Assembly (NCBI GenBank): GCA_029838195.1
Contig: JALGVJ010000042.1
Location: 15,224 to 79,223, forward strand
DNA from: Promethearchaeota archaeon
GTDB lineage: Archaea > Asgardarchaeota > Lokiarchaeia > Sigyniarchaeales > SOKP01
Direction of reading: 5' to 3'
DNA: 64,000 nt
Shown: positions 1 to 10,593 of the stretch, one piece after another
Numbering within the stretch: the first letter of the stretch is position 1
Layout: each line of letters begins with the position of its first letter
Position numbers and translations under genes: made by a program
The notes under the pieces: model-generated
Databases searched by the model: none
Told to the model about the DNA's origin: nothing
What the model saw: the letters and a program-made list of their open reading frames with translations, nothing else

Positions 1-1
1 T

Positions 2-64
2 TTTGGAGGAAAACCACTTGTCCAAGATGGCAAGACCTTTGTTTGGTTTAAATTTAAAAATTAA
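2..64 (+). CDS. 3' end of a CDS entering from the left edge (FGGKPLVQDGKTFVWFKFKN*), product unknown
   Basis: Open frame 2-64 ending in TAA, 34 nt before the next ATG on the same strand. Confidence 0.5.
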   Translation, partial: FGGKPLVQDGKTFVWFKFKN

Positions 65-98
65 GGTTTATAAAAATTATTTTTAAGAAAAAAGAATC

Positions 99-2237
99 AT
101 GACTTTAGAAGAAATTAAAGAAACAAAGAGTTGGGTAAAAAATTGCACCAGTATTTTATTAGATCCTAAAAATCCTAATCCCTTTCCTACGCCTCCCTTC
201 GCTACTAACTTTTACAACAATCCCCCGCAGTTTTGTTTAGGAAGAGAAAAATATGAACAAGAGTTATTGAAAGCAATATTAAAAAGCATGGAATCTCCCC
301 AGCCTCAACTGATTCGCATCATGGGAAAACAAGGTATTGGAAAATCCACGCTAATTTGCTGGAGCGCTAAAAAATTGAGTGAAATGCACCCTGTCCCGAT
401 TATCTACATGGAAACAAGTGCTCAATCGGAAGATTTTAACATGCGTTCTCTTTACAGGCAGATGATCGATAAAATGGAAAAATCAGGATTTAGTGAACAA
501 TTACTCATCAATTCGATTAAAAAGTTTTTCACCATATCTAAAGAAAACCAAACGCTTTACAAGCAATTAATAGAGCAATTCTCTAATGAAACGATTGAAA
601 AATTAATAGAGGATTCGAACTTTATTAAAAATAAAATTTTCGAGGAAGAATTTAATTCTCTCCTTTTAAAAGTAGTGAATGGAAATGCTATAATGTTAAC
701 AAAATTCCTTCCTTTTGATCTATCCATTCTTTTAATTTTTTGGAAGGCTCATGTACAAAATCCCGATGCATTGAAAGCTTTAAATGCTTTCAAGGGTACT
801 GCTAATTTTGACGGTTATACCGTGGAAACGGATAATGATGCATCAAAATACATTGATGCATTATTAGAATTCATACGCTGGGCGTTTGATGAGACCACGA
901 CAACCATTATCATATTCGATCATTTAGAAGCCGGCATCTCCCAGGACAAGGAAGCCGTTTTCTCCAATTTATTTAGTTTATTATTAAATTTGCGACAAAA
1001 AAAATATTTGACAATCATTCTTTCAGGCACTTTGGATGCGTATTTTACATTTGATGAGATTTTACAAGAAGATCAACGCTTACAATTAGATAATTGGTCA
1101 ACCACCATAGCATTACAGACCTTAGAACCGGAAGAAGTTATCGAAATCATTAATAAATATTTGATGAATTTTTGGGAACAATTTGAAGATTCTCCGCCCC
1201 CTGCTAAATCTTTATTTCCGTTTGGAATGAATAGTATCAAGTATCTATATGAAAATCATGCCCAAGATCTCCGTCGTACTTTAAAATTTTTATATACGTT
1301 AATTGAAAAATATCGCAAGAATCGAAAACTGGAGTATATTGACAATTTTTTTAAAGCTTTCAGAGCCTTTCGCCAAAGAAATGATTTATTGCTCTCCTAT
1401 ATCGAGAAAAAGGAGTTGAAAACCTTAATATTAAACTCTCCATACCATGACGAGGAGAAAAATGCTTTAATCTTACGGAAATTGGGAGAATTTTTCAAAA
1501 TTTTGAGCTCTCATCCAGACTATTCTTTTATAAAACACGTTTCTGTATCGCCGTTTGGCATGAGTGTGGAATTTTTAATATCAGAAAAGAGTGGGGAAAC
1601 TAAAAAATTAGGGTTTTTAACAAATATTTCAGCTACTTCAAGCACCATGACTAAGAATGCCATCCTTCGTGCTCATGAATTTTTAAAGACCCACGAGGTA
1701 GATTATTTAACATGGTTGACAACGGTAAAATCTCAGTTAGATATTGATTTCGGGACCTCAAAAAATTCTCATGTCCACGTTCTAAGGAAATCTCCTTTAA
1801 CGGATTTAGAATTGGCATATTTATCTTTCATCCTCTTTTTTGAAGATATTCAAGAAAGAGCGCCTAATATTGAGGAAATTGAATTTATATTGAATAAACT
1901 TGATTTATCTCCCTTGAAATTAAAAATTAAATTAACAGAAATACTGCCCACGGAGGAGGATTTAAACCTCGAGGAGATGGAAGTAAAACAAGAGACTCGT
2001 CCCGTCCAAGCGTTTGAAATCGGTCCTGAAGAAATAAAAACCGCCGTAGAAAAATACCTTAAAGAAAAAGCAACCACCTATAAGAAAATCATATCCTCTA
2101 CAACAATCAAAGAAATAAAGATGAGGTTAAATTTAGACATTCACGATACTCAATGGGATGAAGATATATGGAATATCACGATGGATTTAAGTAAGGACAT
2201 GTGTAAAAAACAGACCCCGAAGTCAATTTATTTTTAA
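99..2237 (+). CDS. P-loop (AAA+/STAND-like) ATPase with C-terminal accessory domains
   Basis: Walker A GKQGIGKST, Walker B IIIFDHLE, preceding CLGREK motif typical of archaeal ATPases. Confidence 0.8.
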   Translation: MTLEEIKETKSWVKNCTSILLDPKNPNPFPTPPFATNFYNNPPQFCLGREKYEQELLKAILKSMESPQPQLIRIMGKQGIGKSTLICWSAKKLSEMHPVPIIYMETSAQSEDFNMRSLYRQMIDKMEKSGFSEQLLINSIKKFFTISKENQTLYKQLIEQFSNETIEKLIEDSNFIKNKIFEEEFNSLLLKVVNGNAIMLTKFLPFDLSILLIFWKAHVQNPDALKALNAFKGTANFDGYTVETDNDASKYIDALLEFIRWAFDETTTTIIIFDHLEAGISQDKEAVFSNLFSLLLNLRQKKYLTIILSGTLDAYFTFDEILQEDQRLQLDNWSTTIALQTLEPEEVIEIINKYLMNFWEQFEDSPPPAKSLFPFGMNSIKYLYENHAQDLRRTLKFLYTLIEKYRKNRKLEYIDNFFKAFRAFRQRNDLLLSYIEKKELKTLILNSPYHDEEKNALILRKLGEFFKILSSHPDYSFIKHVSVSPFGMSVEFLISEKSGETKKLGFLTNISATSSTMTKNAILRAHEFLKTHEVDYLTWLTTVKSQLDIDFGTSKNSHVHVLRKSPLTDLELAYLSFILFFEDIQERAPNIEEIEFILNKLDLSPLKLKIKLTEILPTEEDLNLEEMEVKQETRPVQAFEIGPEEIKTAVEKYLKEKATTYKKIISSTTIKEIKMRLNLDIHDTQWDEDIWNITMDLSKDMCKKQTPKSIYF

Positions 2238-2338
2238 TCCATTTTTCCGTTATTTCTGCCTTTTTTTCATGAATTTGCGAGGATAATTCTAAAATTATTT
2301 CCTAATTTTTTATATACATTAAATTCGTTTAAACGATC

Positions 2339-4741
2339 ATGAAAAACACGATTACACAATTTTATGGTCAAGTTCTATTAGAACCAACTGGAGAATTCAT
2401 CGCAGGTACGCATGCGACATTCCATCTTAAATATATTGCAGGAAAATATGGAATGGATGATCTTGGCGGGCTCAAAATATTATTTCGATTTGCTTGCGAT
2501 CAAAGTCCCCTTCAAACGACACATCCAAAAGAACTGGGATATATTAGTGCTTGGGCTTCAAATGGAGCTGGTCTCGAATTATCTTATCATGCAAGAGAAG
2601 GAGAAAGACCATGGTATAAGGTACTTCGAGTTAGGATTGTCGGAAAGGGATTGAAAGAAGGAGACGAAATTAATTTAATTTTAGGAGATAAATCAAAGGG
2701 ATCGCCGGGAATGCGCTTGCAAACTTTTTGTGAACCCTTTTTCGAATTTCGAACCATGGTGGATGCCTTTTCAACAAATGTTTTCATACCAGTTCCAAGT
2801 CCAAAAATTTCTTTAATAAGTGGTCCGCCTTATCAATGGCGTGCATATCTTCCCACGGTCATTCATGAAAAGGAAGTTTTTTCGCTTAAATTCAGAGCTG
2901 AAGATAAATGGGGAAATCCCACGGATAAAGCAAACTTAAAAATTTTTTTTAAATCTACTCATCCAATCAAGGGACTTCCTCGTTCTTACCATATAAAAGA
3001 AGGAAATTTCGGTCACATTATTGAGGGCTTACAACTAGGTAAGGACCTTCCGGTATTTCAATCTTTTGAGGATCAAATTATTTATATCGATCTTTTTGAT
3101 TCTAACTCTAATCATCTCGCAAGAACTAATCCCATGGTGTTCATTACCAAAAATAAAGAATATTTCAAGCATTATTGGGGAGATCTTCACGCCCAGTCCG
3201 AAGAAACCATTGGAACTAATTCAGCCGAAATGTTTTTCAAATTTGCAAGAGATCATGCTTTTTTGGACATTATAGGCCATCAAGGGAATGATTTTCAAAT
3301 AACAAAAGAATTATGGCGTGAATTAAATGAACTTTCGAATAATTATCACGAAAAAAATAAATTTATTCCGCTTTTTGGATATGAATATTCCGCAAATACT
3401 TCTTTAGGTGGCGATCATAATGTCTATTTCTTAAAACCCCACCAGCAAATCCATCGCTCCTCTCATGCGTTGATTTCAGATAAAGATGATTTAGAATCCG
3501 ATTGTCTCACGGCCTCTGAATTATTCTCTACATTATTATCGGAACACCCAACTGGTCAAAAATCAATGATTGTCATTCCTCACGTAGGAGGACGATATGC
3601 AGATATTACCCATCATTTTGAGAGAAAAATTGAGCCTTCCATTGAAATTCATTCTGCGTGGGGAACTTTTGAATGGCTTTTACATGATGCCTTTGACATG
3701 GGGTATCGAGTGGGAATAGTCGCAAATAGCGATGACCACAAGGGACGTCCGGGAATAGGGTATCCCGGAGCATCAAAATTCGGCACGCAAGGAGGATTAA
3801 CATGCTTTCTTACTTCTGAATTAACCCGTGAAAGCATTTTTAAAGCCTTATCCTTACGAAAGCATTATGCAACTACTGGCGAGCGGATATTTTTAGATAT
3901 AAGAGGTACATTAAATTGTCCATGCAGATATCATGAACAAGATCCTTTAGCTGGTCTATCCGATGCTTCTGAACCAAAATTAGTCAAGGAAGTCATGATG
4001 GGGGATATTATTGAGATTCCTGAAAATAAAAATATCACGGTAAATTTATCAATTCTAATTGCGAGCGCTACACCAATCGAAAGAATTGAAATTTTTAATG
4101 GGAAATCTTTATTAAAAACAATTCGACCCTATTTATCGGCAAGTAAAACTGAGGAATACTTAAAAATTAATACAGATTCGACCAAAACAAACTCTATTTT
4201 CCAAGTACACGATACTGATCTGCCCGAGAATTTCCCAAGAATTAGAATTCAATGGCAAGGAGCAGAGTTTCGTGCTCGCAAACGAAATTGCATGTGGAAA
4301 GGCACGATTGAATTTGTCGGAAACGAGATTCTCTCTACTCATCCTTTTAATTTTTGGAATCAAGACTCTCCCTTGCAAATCGTCTCGAAAAACAAAATTT
4401 CATGGAATACATATACGGCAGGAAATATTCAAGGATTTTATGTTGATCTTTTCCAACCCTTTAAAGGTAAGCTGTTATTTACTTCCAATCAAATTGATTT
4501 TGAATTACCCCTTCAAGAGATCTCTTTAAATGATACCATTTTTAAAATTGAGGGAGGAATTGATAAAAAGGTATCGCTTAACCGATATCCGAAAATTAAT
4601 CCCCATTGTAATTTTAAAACAAAAATAGATTTGCCAATTAACCCGAAAATCAATCAAGACCATAGAATTTTCGTGAAAATCACGTTGGAAAACGGACATC
4701 AAGCATGGTCAAGTCCAATTTATTTTATCAAAAAATCATGA
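2339..4741 (+). CDS. DUF3604-type PHP/amidohydrolase-fold metalloprotein
   Basis: YWGDLHAQSEETIG, GHQGNDFQI, GGDHNV, IEIHSAWGTFEW, NSDDHKGRPG and terminal AWSSPI motifs. Confidence 0.8.
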   Translation: MKNTITQFYGQVLLEPTGEFIAGTHATFHLKYIAGKYGMDDLGGLKILFRFACDQSPLQTTHPKELGYISAWASNGAGLELSYHAREGERPWYKVLRVRIVGKGLKEGDEINLILGDKSKGSPGMRLQTFCEPFFEFRTMVDAFSTNVFIPVPSPKISLISGPPYQWRAYLPTVIHEKEVFSLKFRAEDKWGNPTDKANLKIFFKSTHPIKGLPRSYHIKEGNFGHIIEGLQLGKDLPVFQSFEDQIIYIDLFDSNSNHLARTNPMVFITKNKEYFKHYWGDLHAQSEETIGTNSAEMFFKFARDHAFLDIIGHQGNDFQITKELWRELNELSNNYHEKNKFIPLFGYEYSANTSLGGDHNVYFLKPHQQIHRSSHALISDKDDLESDCLTASELFSTLLSEHPTGQKSMIVIPHVGGRYADITHHFERKIEPSIEIHSAWGTFEWLLHDAFDMGYRVGIVANSDDHKGRPGIGYPGASKFGTQGGLTCFLTSELTRESIFKALSLRKHYATTGERIFLDIRGTLNCPCRYHEQDPLAGLSDASEPKLVKEVMMGDIIEIPENKNITVNLSILIASATPIERIEIFNGKSLLKTIRPYLSASKTEEYLKINTDSTKTNSIFQVHDTDLPENFPRIRIQWQGAEFRARKRNCMWKGTIEFVGNEILSTHPFNFWNQDSPLQIVSKNKISWNTYTAGNIQGFYVDLFQPFKGKLLFTSNQIDFELPLQEISLNDTIFKIEGGIDKKVSLNRYPKINPHCNFKTKIDLPINPKINQDHRIFVKITLENGHQAWSSPIYFIKKS

Positions 4742-5064
4742 ACGAAATAAATATTTCTTGAGAGAAGTAAATTAGGAATAAAATAAATCCTAAAAAAATA
4801 AATGAGATTATTTTTCATTTTAACAGAAAAAAGCTTCTTTCTTTAACATAAACTATCTTTAATTTAGAAAATTTAAACGAATCAGTTGCTATAGACATTG
4901 TAATGATGGGATTATATATAATGTAATTCATGAATCAGAATTTTTAAGAAAAGTGGAAAATAAAAATAGTTAATAAAAATTTCAGAGTGCAATAAAAATT
5001 AGATTCTTAAATCATTACACGTTTGATTTTTTAAAAAAAAATTACATGAACTGCTAAAAAATCA

Positions 5065-5934
5065 ATGTTTCGTAGTCAAGATTGGATAAATCAAGCCAAA
5101 TCCGATTTAAATGCCATGGAAAATCTATTTCATTCTCAAAATTATTCTTGGTCGTGTTTCTTAGCTCAACAAGCTGCAGAAAAAGCAATTAAAGGATTGG
5201 GAGAAGTTTATAATTTAGCTTTATGGAGTCATGACTTAATCGACCTTCTAAAACAATTAGAAGAATTTATCGAAATTCCAAATAACATGATGGACCATTG
5301 TAGTATCTTAAATTTATATCATATCGCAACAAGATATCATGATCCTTTCACAAGTGGATATCCTTCTGAAAAATTTTCGAAATATCAAGCTGAACAAGCC
5401 ATAAATTATGTAAAAGAGGTTGTTGTTTTTGTTGAAAAAAAATACAATATTATAGAAAAAATCTTGATAAAACATCCAAAAAAAGATAATTTAATTGATT
5501 TTTTAAATGCTTTCTTCTCTTCTTTTTCTGCTGAATTCATTATCCTTTTTGGATCAAGTGCGAAAGGCAATTATAATTATAGAAGTGATTTGGATTTATT
5601 AATTATAAGCGATATGATTACTGGAAATTATTTTGATAGATTATATAAATTACAAAAAATAAGCCCTGGTGGTATTGATTTCTTTATATATAATAAGGCA
5701 GAATTCGACCAAATGGTAAAAAATTATCACCTAATTGCTTTAGAAGCTCTTTCAGAAGGAATTATCTTATATGATAATAATAGATTGGGAAAGAAATATA
5801 AAAATGAAATAAAGAAAAGGAGAGATGAAAAAATAATTCAAAAATGCACGAGAGGCTGGAAAATTAATCGCGACTTTATAAATAAAAAATATTTTCTATT
5901 AGAAACAAGGTTTTTAAAATACAGAAAAATTTAG
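5065..5934 (+). CDS. Fused HEPN domain plus minimal nucleotidyltransferase (MNT)
   Basis: N-half SCFLAQQAAEKAIK, SHDL, TRYHD (HEPN); C-half IILFGSSAKG, SDLDLLII (Pol-beta NTase). Confidence 0.85.
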   Translation: MFRSQDWINQAKSDLNAMENLFHSQNYSWSCFLAQQAAEKAIKGLGEVYNLALWSHDLIDLLKQLEEFIEIPNNMMDHCSILNLYHIATRYHDPFTSGYPSEKFSKYQAEQAINYVKEVVVFVEKKYNIIEKILIKHPKKDNLIDFLNAFFSSFSAEFIILFGSSAKGNYNYRSDLDLLIISDMITGNYFDRLYKLQKISPGGIDFFIYNKAEFDQMVKNYHLIALEALSEGIILYDNNRLGKKYKNEIKKRRDEKIIQKCTRGWKINRDFINKKYFLLETRFLKYRKI

Positions 5935-6036
5935 CTGAAACTGAAATTCTTTTTTAATGCCTCATTGTATTTATTTCAATTCCGAAATAAAAAGGAAAAA
6001 ACTTTAAAGTTAATGAGTTAGAGTTTTTTTTAAAGA

Positions 6037-7434
6037 TTAAAGATTTAGTTCGAGGAGTCTCTGTTTATTTTTTTTGACGATCTCTGGTTTTAATTCATAA
6101 ACACGCCACATGAAAAGAAATCCAATGCTATAAAAAAATGCAGGAACGGCAAACATTCCAAAATTAATGCCCCATTGAGCTTGAGATGTTTGAATCAAAG
6201 AAGTAGGGTCGAAATTTGTTAAGGGATGAATTATACCGAAGGTGACCGCTTGAATTACGATGCTCATACGTCCAAAAAAAGTTCGAAAGCCGTAATACAC
6301 GCCCTCATCCCTCTTTCCCGTTTTTACGACAATATCATCGATTACGTCACTAAAACAAGCATATATTAGTGTCCAAGTTGCCCCCATTGAAAATCCTATT
6401 AATGCCATGCCTATAAACGTGAACGTGAAGTCTCTAATGAACATTGTAATAATTAAAAAAAGAGCAGTGCCTCCTGTTCCACACATGTAGCCAACTCTGT
6501 TTCCATATTTTCTTGCAACTTTCACCCATAAAGGAGATGAGCTCACGGCTGCTAAAAGAAAAACTAATAATAAGGCGGTCTCTGCGAATGGATCATTTAC
6601 TTTTACAACATATTGAAGCCAATAGGGTACAGAAGCAAGCATCAATGCCATGACGGTGGTTTGAGCTAAATAGGCGAAAAGATAGGCGATATAATTCTTT
6701 TGCTTTAATCCAAATACTAATTTTCGCCAATATTTATCTCGTTGAGCACGGCTTTCACGGATGAATAAAGTTCTTTTGATCATTTGCTCATCCTCTCTCA
6801 TGCCAGGAATCATGAAAAATACAACAGTTAAACATGTAATAGATACGAATAAGGCCACCTCCACGTAGGACGCCACGTTGGTTCCCGGAGGGCCTCTAGA
6901 TATGAGGAGGAGAGGAACTAAAATGCCAAGCAAGAGTCCCGTGAGAGAGCATAAAATTTGTGTGCCAGCCACTTTTGTCCGTTCTTTTTGAGAACGAAAT
7001 TTATCCGGAAATATCCCTTGCCAATTAATGAGAGCAAAACTAAAAAGAGTATCGAATAGGCATAAAGTAAATAACAGCCATGCAAAACCCTCAATGCCAT
7101 TACCCGGGGGTAAATAAATTAATGCATAAACTAAAGTACAAGGGATCGCCGCCAAAATGAACCACGAAAATCTTCTTCCAAATCGCCTCATGAAATTAAA
7201 AGATTTTCCTGAAACGTGTCCTGCTAAGGGATCATTCACGGCATTCCAAATTCCATAGATAATAATCGCAGTACTAATAAAAGCTACGGGGAGAAAAATT
7301 TCTGTCTCGTAGAATTTAAAGACCCACGTACTCAACACGGTCGCAATGAAATCATCTAAAAAACTCCCAAGGGCATACGATACATGAATGGGCGTGGTAT
7401 AATTGAACGCTTCTTCTTCAAATTTTTCTTGCAT
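6037..7434 (-). CDS. MFS transporter, GPH/MelB-like
   Basis: About 12 hydrophobic segments; WNAVNDPLAGHVS, GRRF and DVIDD-x-GKRDEGVYYG motifs. Confidence 0.9.
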   Translation of the reverse strand: MQEKFEEEAFNYTTPIHVSYALGSFLDDFIATVLSTWVFKFYETEIFLPVAFISTAIIIYGIWNAVNDPLAGHVSGKSFNFMRRFGRRFSWFILAAIPCTLVYALIYLPPGNGIEGFAWLLFTLCLFDTLFSFALINWQGIFPDKFRSQKERTKVAGTQILCSLTGLLLGILVPLLLISRGPPGTNVASYVEVALFVSITCLTVVFFMIPGMREDEQMIKRTLFIRESRAQRDKYWRKLVFGLKQKNYIAYLFAYLAQTTVMALMLASVPYWLQYVVKVNDPFAETALLLVFLLAAVSSSPLWVKVARKYGNRVGYMCGTGGTALFLIITMFIRDFTFTFIGMALIGFSMGATWTLIYACFSDVIDDIVVKTGKRDEGVYYGFRTFFGRMSIVIQAVTFGIIHPLTNFDPTSLIQTSQAQWGINFGMFAVPAFFYSIGFLFMWRVYELKPEIVKKNKQRLLELNL

Positions 7435-7649
7435 TTTTAATTCTCGAAATTAATTTGCGTAATTATATATATTATAGATTATTTAGAATTTAAAGAAAAG
7501 ATTTAGGAAAATCCTGTTATTTTTTTCGTTTAATGAAAAATTAGAAAGTTAAGCATTAATAAATCAATATATTATTATCTTCATTTTTTTATTAAGTACC
7601 ATTGGTTTCATAAATTATTTTAAATATATCACATGTATTCCAATTGATG

Positions 7650-7670
7650 ATATATCGAAGATTGATATAT
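7650..7670. promoter_or_regulatory. Candidate PadR operator, inverted repeat ATATATCGA-AGA-TTGATATAT
   Basis: 9-bp arms with one mismatch, 42 nt upstream of the padR start. Confidence 0.45.
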
Positions 7671-7712
7671 TAATACATTCTTAAGTTACACGATTAATGA
7701 TTCGTTTTTAAC

Positions 7713-8276
7713 ATGGCAGAGCAGATTGCAGAAAATTTTGAAAACTTGATGAAAAAAGGATTCATCTCCACGCTGATCTTATTGGTTCTTGAAAATAAGG
7801 CTTCTCATGGATATGAAATCGGGAAATTCATTAAAGAGAGAACGTTAGGTATTTGGGATCTTCCATCGTCCACCATTTATACGATTCTTAAAGACATGAC
7901 AGAAAAAGGCTTGCTTGACTATCATGTGTCAAGAGAAGAAGGACGAGAAAGAAAAGTTTATAAAATCACCCCTAAAGGACTAAAAACATTAAAAATGATC
8001 TTACAAAAACATCAAATCATAAAAGATACGTTTACCTCTCTAAAAGCAGCGATGCTAGATGATGAGGCTAAGGTACCTCTAAAATTTTTTCCGAAATTAA
8101 TGCCTGCCTTGTTAATCGAACGCCTAGATAAAAAAACCGATGAAGAAAAGTTAGAATTTTTGGAAGTCCAAAAAAGAGGACTTTCAATGGAAATTACCCG
8201 ATTAAATTGGCTCCTTAAAAAAATAGATGAAATAATTGAGAAATTAAAGAAAAAAATGGAGGTAAAATTAGATTGA
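7713..8276 (+). CDS. PadR-family transcriptional regulator
   Basis: HGYEI, SSTIYTILKDM and RKVYKITPKG motifs. Confidence 0.9.
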   Translation: MAEQIAENFENLMKKGFISTLILLVLENKASHGYEIGKFIKERTLGIWDLPSSTIYTILKDMTEKGLLDYHVSREEGRERKVYKITPKGLKTLKMILQKHQIIKDTFTSLKAAMLDDEAKVPLKFFPKLMPALLIERLDKKTDEEKLEFLEVQKRGLSMEITRLNWLLKKIDEIIEKLKKKMEVKLD

Positions 8277-9604
8277 GTGAAAATATCATTGAAGTTAAAA
8301 ACTTGACTAAAATCTATAAACAAGGAAATGTTCTTGCTGTTGATGACGTGAGTTTTTCCATTCGAAAAGGAGAAGTTTTTGCATTGCTTGGTCCTAATGG
8401 CGCCGGAAAAACCACGACAATCAGTATTTTGGCTACTATTTTACACCCAACAAGCGGTGTGATTAAGGTAAACTCTCATGACGTTTTAAAAGACCCCGAT
8501 AAAGTAAGAAAAAGCATCGGCATCGTGTTTCAAGAATCCGCTGTCGATTCCGAAATGACGGGATGGGAAAATCTTGAACTCCACGCCATTTTATACGGCA
8601 TTCCTAAAAAGGAGCGAAAACAGAAAATCAAGGAAGTATTAAAATTAGTGGATCTTGAAGATAAGGCTAATTTATACGTTAAAAATTATTCCGGTGGAAT
8701 GAAAAGACGCTTGGAGATTGCCCGGGGATTAATTCATGAGCCTAAAATCTTGTTCCTTGACGAACCAACATTAGGCCTCGACCCACAAACCCGGAGAAAG
8801 ATTTGGGAAAAAATAAAAGAATTGAATCAAGGGCCATCGCACATGACAATCTTAATTACGACTCATTACATGGAAGAAGCAGATGAACTTGCCCATAGAA
8901 TATGCATCATGGATAAAGGAAAAATCATTGCCCTGGATACCTCAGAAAACCTTAAAAAACAAATCTCGGGGGATATCATAGATATCCAATTTGAGAAAAT
9001 TAAAAACCCGGGGATCTTGCCCAAAATCATTTCACAATTAAAGCAAGTTGAGGGAATCAAGAATATCTCTCTCGTGGATTCTTCGGCTTCAAAAGATTTC
9101 ATGCAAATGAACATGAATTTACCGCCAGGCATGAAAAACATTAATCCTCAAATGATACGGGCACGCATGCAAGAACTCATGTCAGATCCGAAAAAATTAA
9201 TTAAAGCATGGAAGAAATTTCCCATGGCCTCTCAAATGTTTCTAAATGCTCCGTTAGAAGCCAAAAAAAGGATTGCTAATTTATTTACCCCAGACTTGAT
9301 CGAACAGGTACCTGAACCAATTAAAGAAATCATCCTTAAAATTCAAAAGGATGAGTATATAGAAGAAACATCATCAAAGTTCGAGCCAAAAATATCGATT
9401 TCATGCGAAAATGGAAGTCGGCAACTTCCCCCGCTTATTTTAAAAATTAATGATTTACATTTACAAATAAAAAATATTAACATGCATCAACCTACGTTAG
9501 AAGACGTGTTTCTACATTACACGGGCAGTGCTATCAGAGAAGAAACTTCGACTCCCACGAAAGAAATTAAAAAATTTATTCAAATGAGAAAATTAAGGAA
9601 GTGA
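8273..9604 (+). CDS. DrrA-like ABC exporter ATP-binding subunit with a roughly 100-aa Met/Pro-rich insertion
   Basis: GPNGAGKTT, YSGGMKRR, LFLDEPT, TTHYMEEA and terminal PTLEDVFL; TTG start overlaps the padR stop (TTGA). Confidence 0.92.
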   Translation: MSENIIEVKNLTKIYKQGNVLAVDDVSFSIRKGEVFALLGPNGAGKTTTISILATILHPTSGVIKVNSHDVLKDPDKVRKSIGIVFQESAVDSEMTGWENLELHAILYGIPKKERKQKIKEVLKLVDLEDKANLYVKNYSGGMKRRLEIARGLIHEPKILFLDEPTLGLDPQTRRKIWEKIKELNQGPSHMTILITTHYMEEADELAHRICIMDKGKIIALDTSENLKKQISGDIIDIQFEKIKNPGILPKIISQLKQVEGIKNISLVDSSASKDFMQMNMNLPPGMKNINPQMIRARMQELMSDPKKLIKAWKKFPMASQMFLNAPLEAKKRIANLFTPDLIEQVPEPIKEIILKIQKDEYIEETSSKFEPKISISCENGSRQLPPLILKINDLHLQIKNINMHQPTLEDVFLHYTGSAIREETSTPTKEIKKFIQMRKLRK

Positions 9605-9611
9605 GGTAAAA

Positions 9612-10412
9612 ATGACTGAATTGGTTGAATTTAATATAAAATTACGATTAGCTGTAATTTGGGTATTAGCACGCCGAGAGATTCTTGATTTTTGGCGAAG
9701 TAAAACAAGGATTATAACATCCTTCGTGCAAGGATTAATGTTTTTGATCGTTTTTAGTGGAGGCTTTTCATCATTCCAAATCTCGATACAAGGGGTACAA
9801 ATTGACTCTAGTGCGTTCGTTGCTTCAGGGATTTGCGCCATGAGCATCTTATTCTCTGGAATTTTTGGTGGCATGGGCGTCATGCGGGATAAAATGTTTG
9901 GTTTCATGAAAGAATTAATAGTTGCACCCATTCGACGTCAAATGCTAATGGTTGGAAGAACCGTGGGCATCGCCTTACAGACATTAATTCAAAGTTTAAT
10001 CATTTTTTTCATTAGCTTTGCATTCGGATATTTTGGGTATGATTGGAGACTAATTTGGCGCATTTTATTGTACGTTCCCGTAGCACTGTTGGCAAGCTTG
10101 GGAATTGTGGGTTTAGGATTGACAATTGGATCAAGGATGAGGGATTTTCAATCGTTTGGATTAATCCAGACATTTATCGTGATGCCCATGTTCTGGTTTT
10201 CAGGAGCTTTCTTTGCTTTTAGCACGGTGCCACCTTACATGCAAATTGCGATGTATTTCAATCCATTCGCATATTCCGTGGATTTATTTCGATTCGTTCT
10301 TTTTAGCGTGTCATTTATACCGGTATGGTTAGATCTTTTAGTTATGAGTCTTTTTGGGCTCACGTTTATAATTATTGGCGCGCGATCGTTTAATAAGATG
10401 GAAGTAACATGA
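9612..10412 (+). CDS. ABC-2 type permease
   Basis: About 6 TM segments; GFMKELIVAPI, FSGAFF, NPFAYSVD; GAGGT upstream. Confidence 0.9.
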   Translation: MTELVEFNIKLRLAVIWVLARREILDFWRSKTRIITSFVQGLMFLIVFSGGFSSFQISIQGVQIDSSAFVASGICAMSILFSGIFGGMGVMRDKMFGFMKELIVAPIRRQMLMVGRTVGIALQTLIQSLIIFFISFAFGYFGYDWRLIWRILLYVPVALLASLGIVGLGLTIGSRMRDFQSFGLIQTFIVMPMFWFSGAFFAFSTVPPYMQIAMYFNPFAYSVDLFRFVLFSVSFIPVWLDLLVMSLFGLTFIIIGARSFNKMEVT

Positions 10413-10593
10413 TTAAATGGATTATTCTTAAAAGAAATCCTAAATCTTTTATCTTTTTTATAACTTTTTAGTTGATTTCTATATACATTTTATTAGAAAA
10501 TTTTAAAAAAGGAAATCCAACAAAACGGATTCCTTCCCGGAAAAACAAAATAAAATCTAACTATTTTTAATGGTTGAAGATAAGGGAAAAAAA

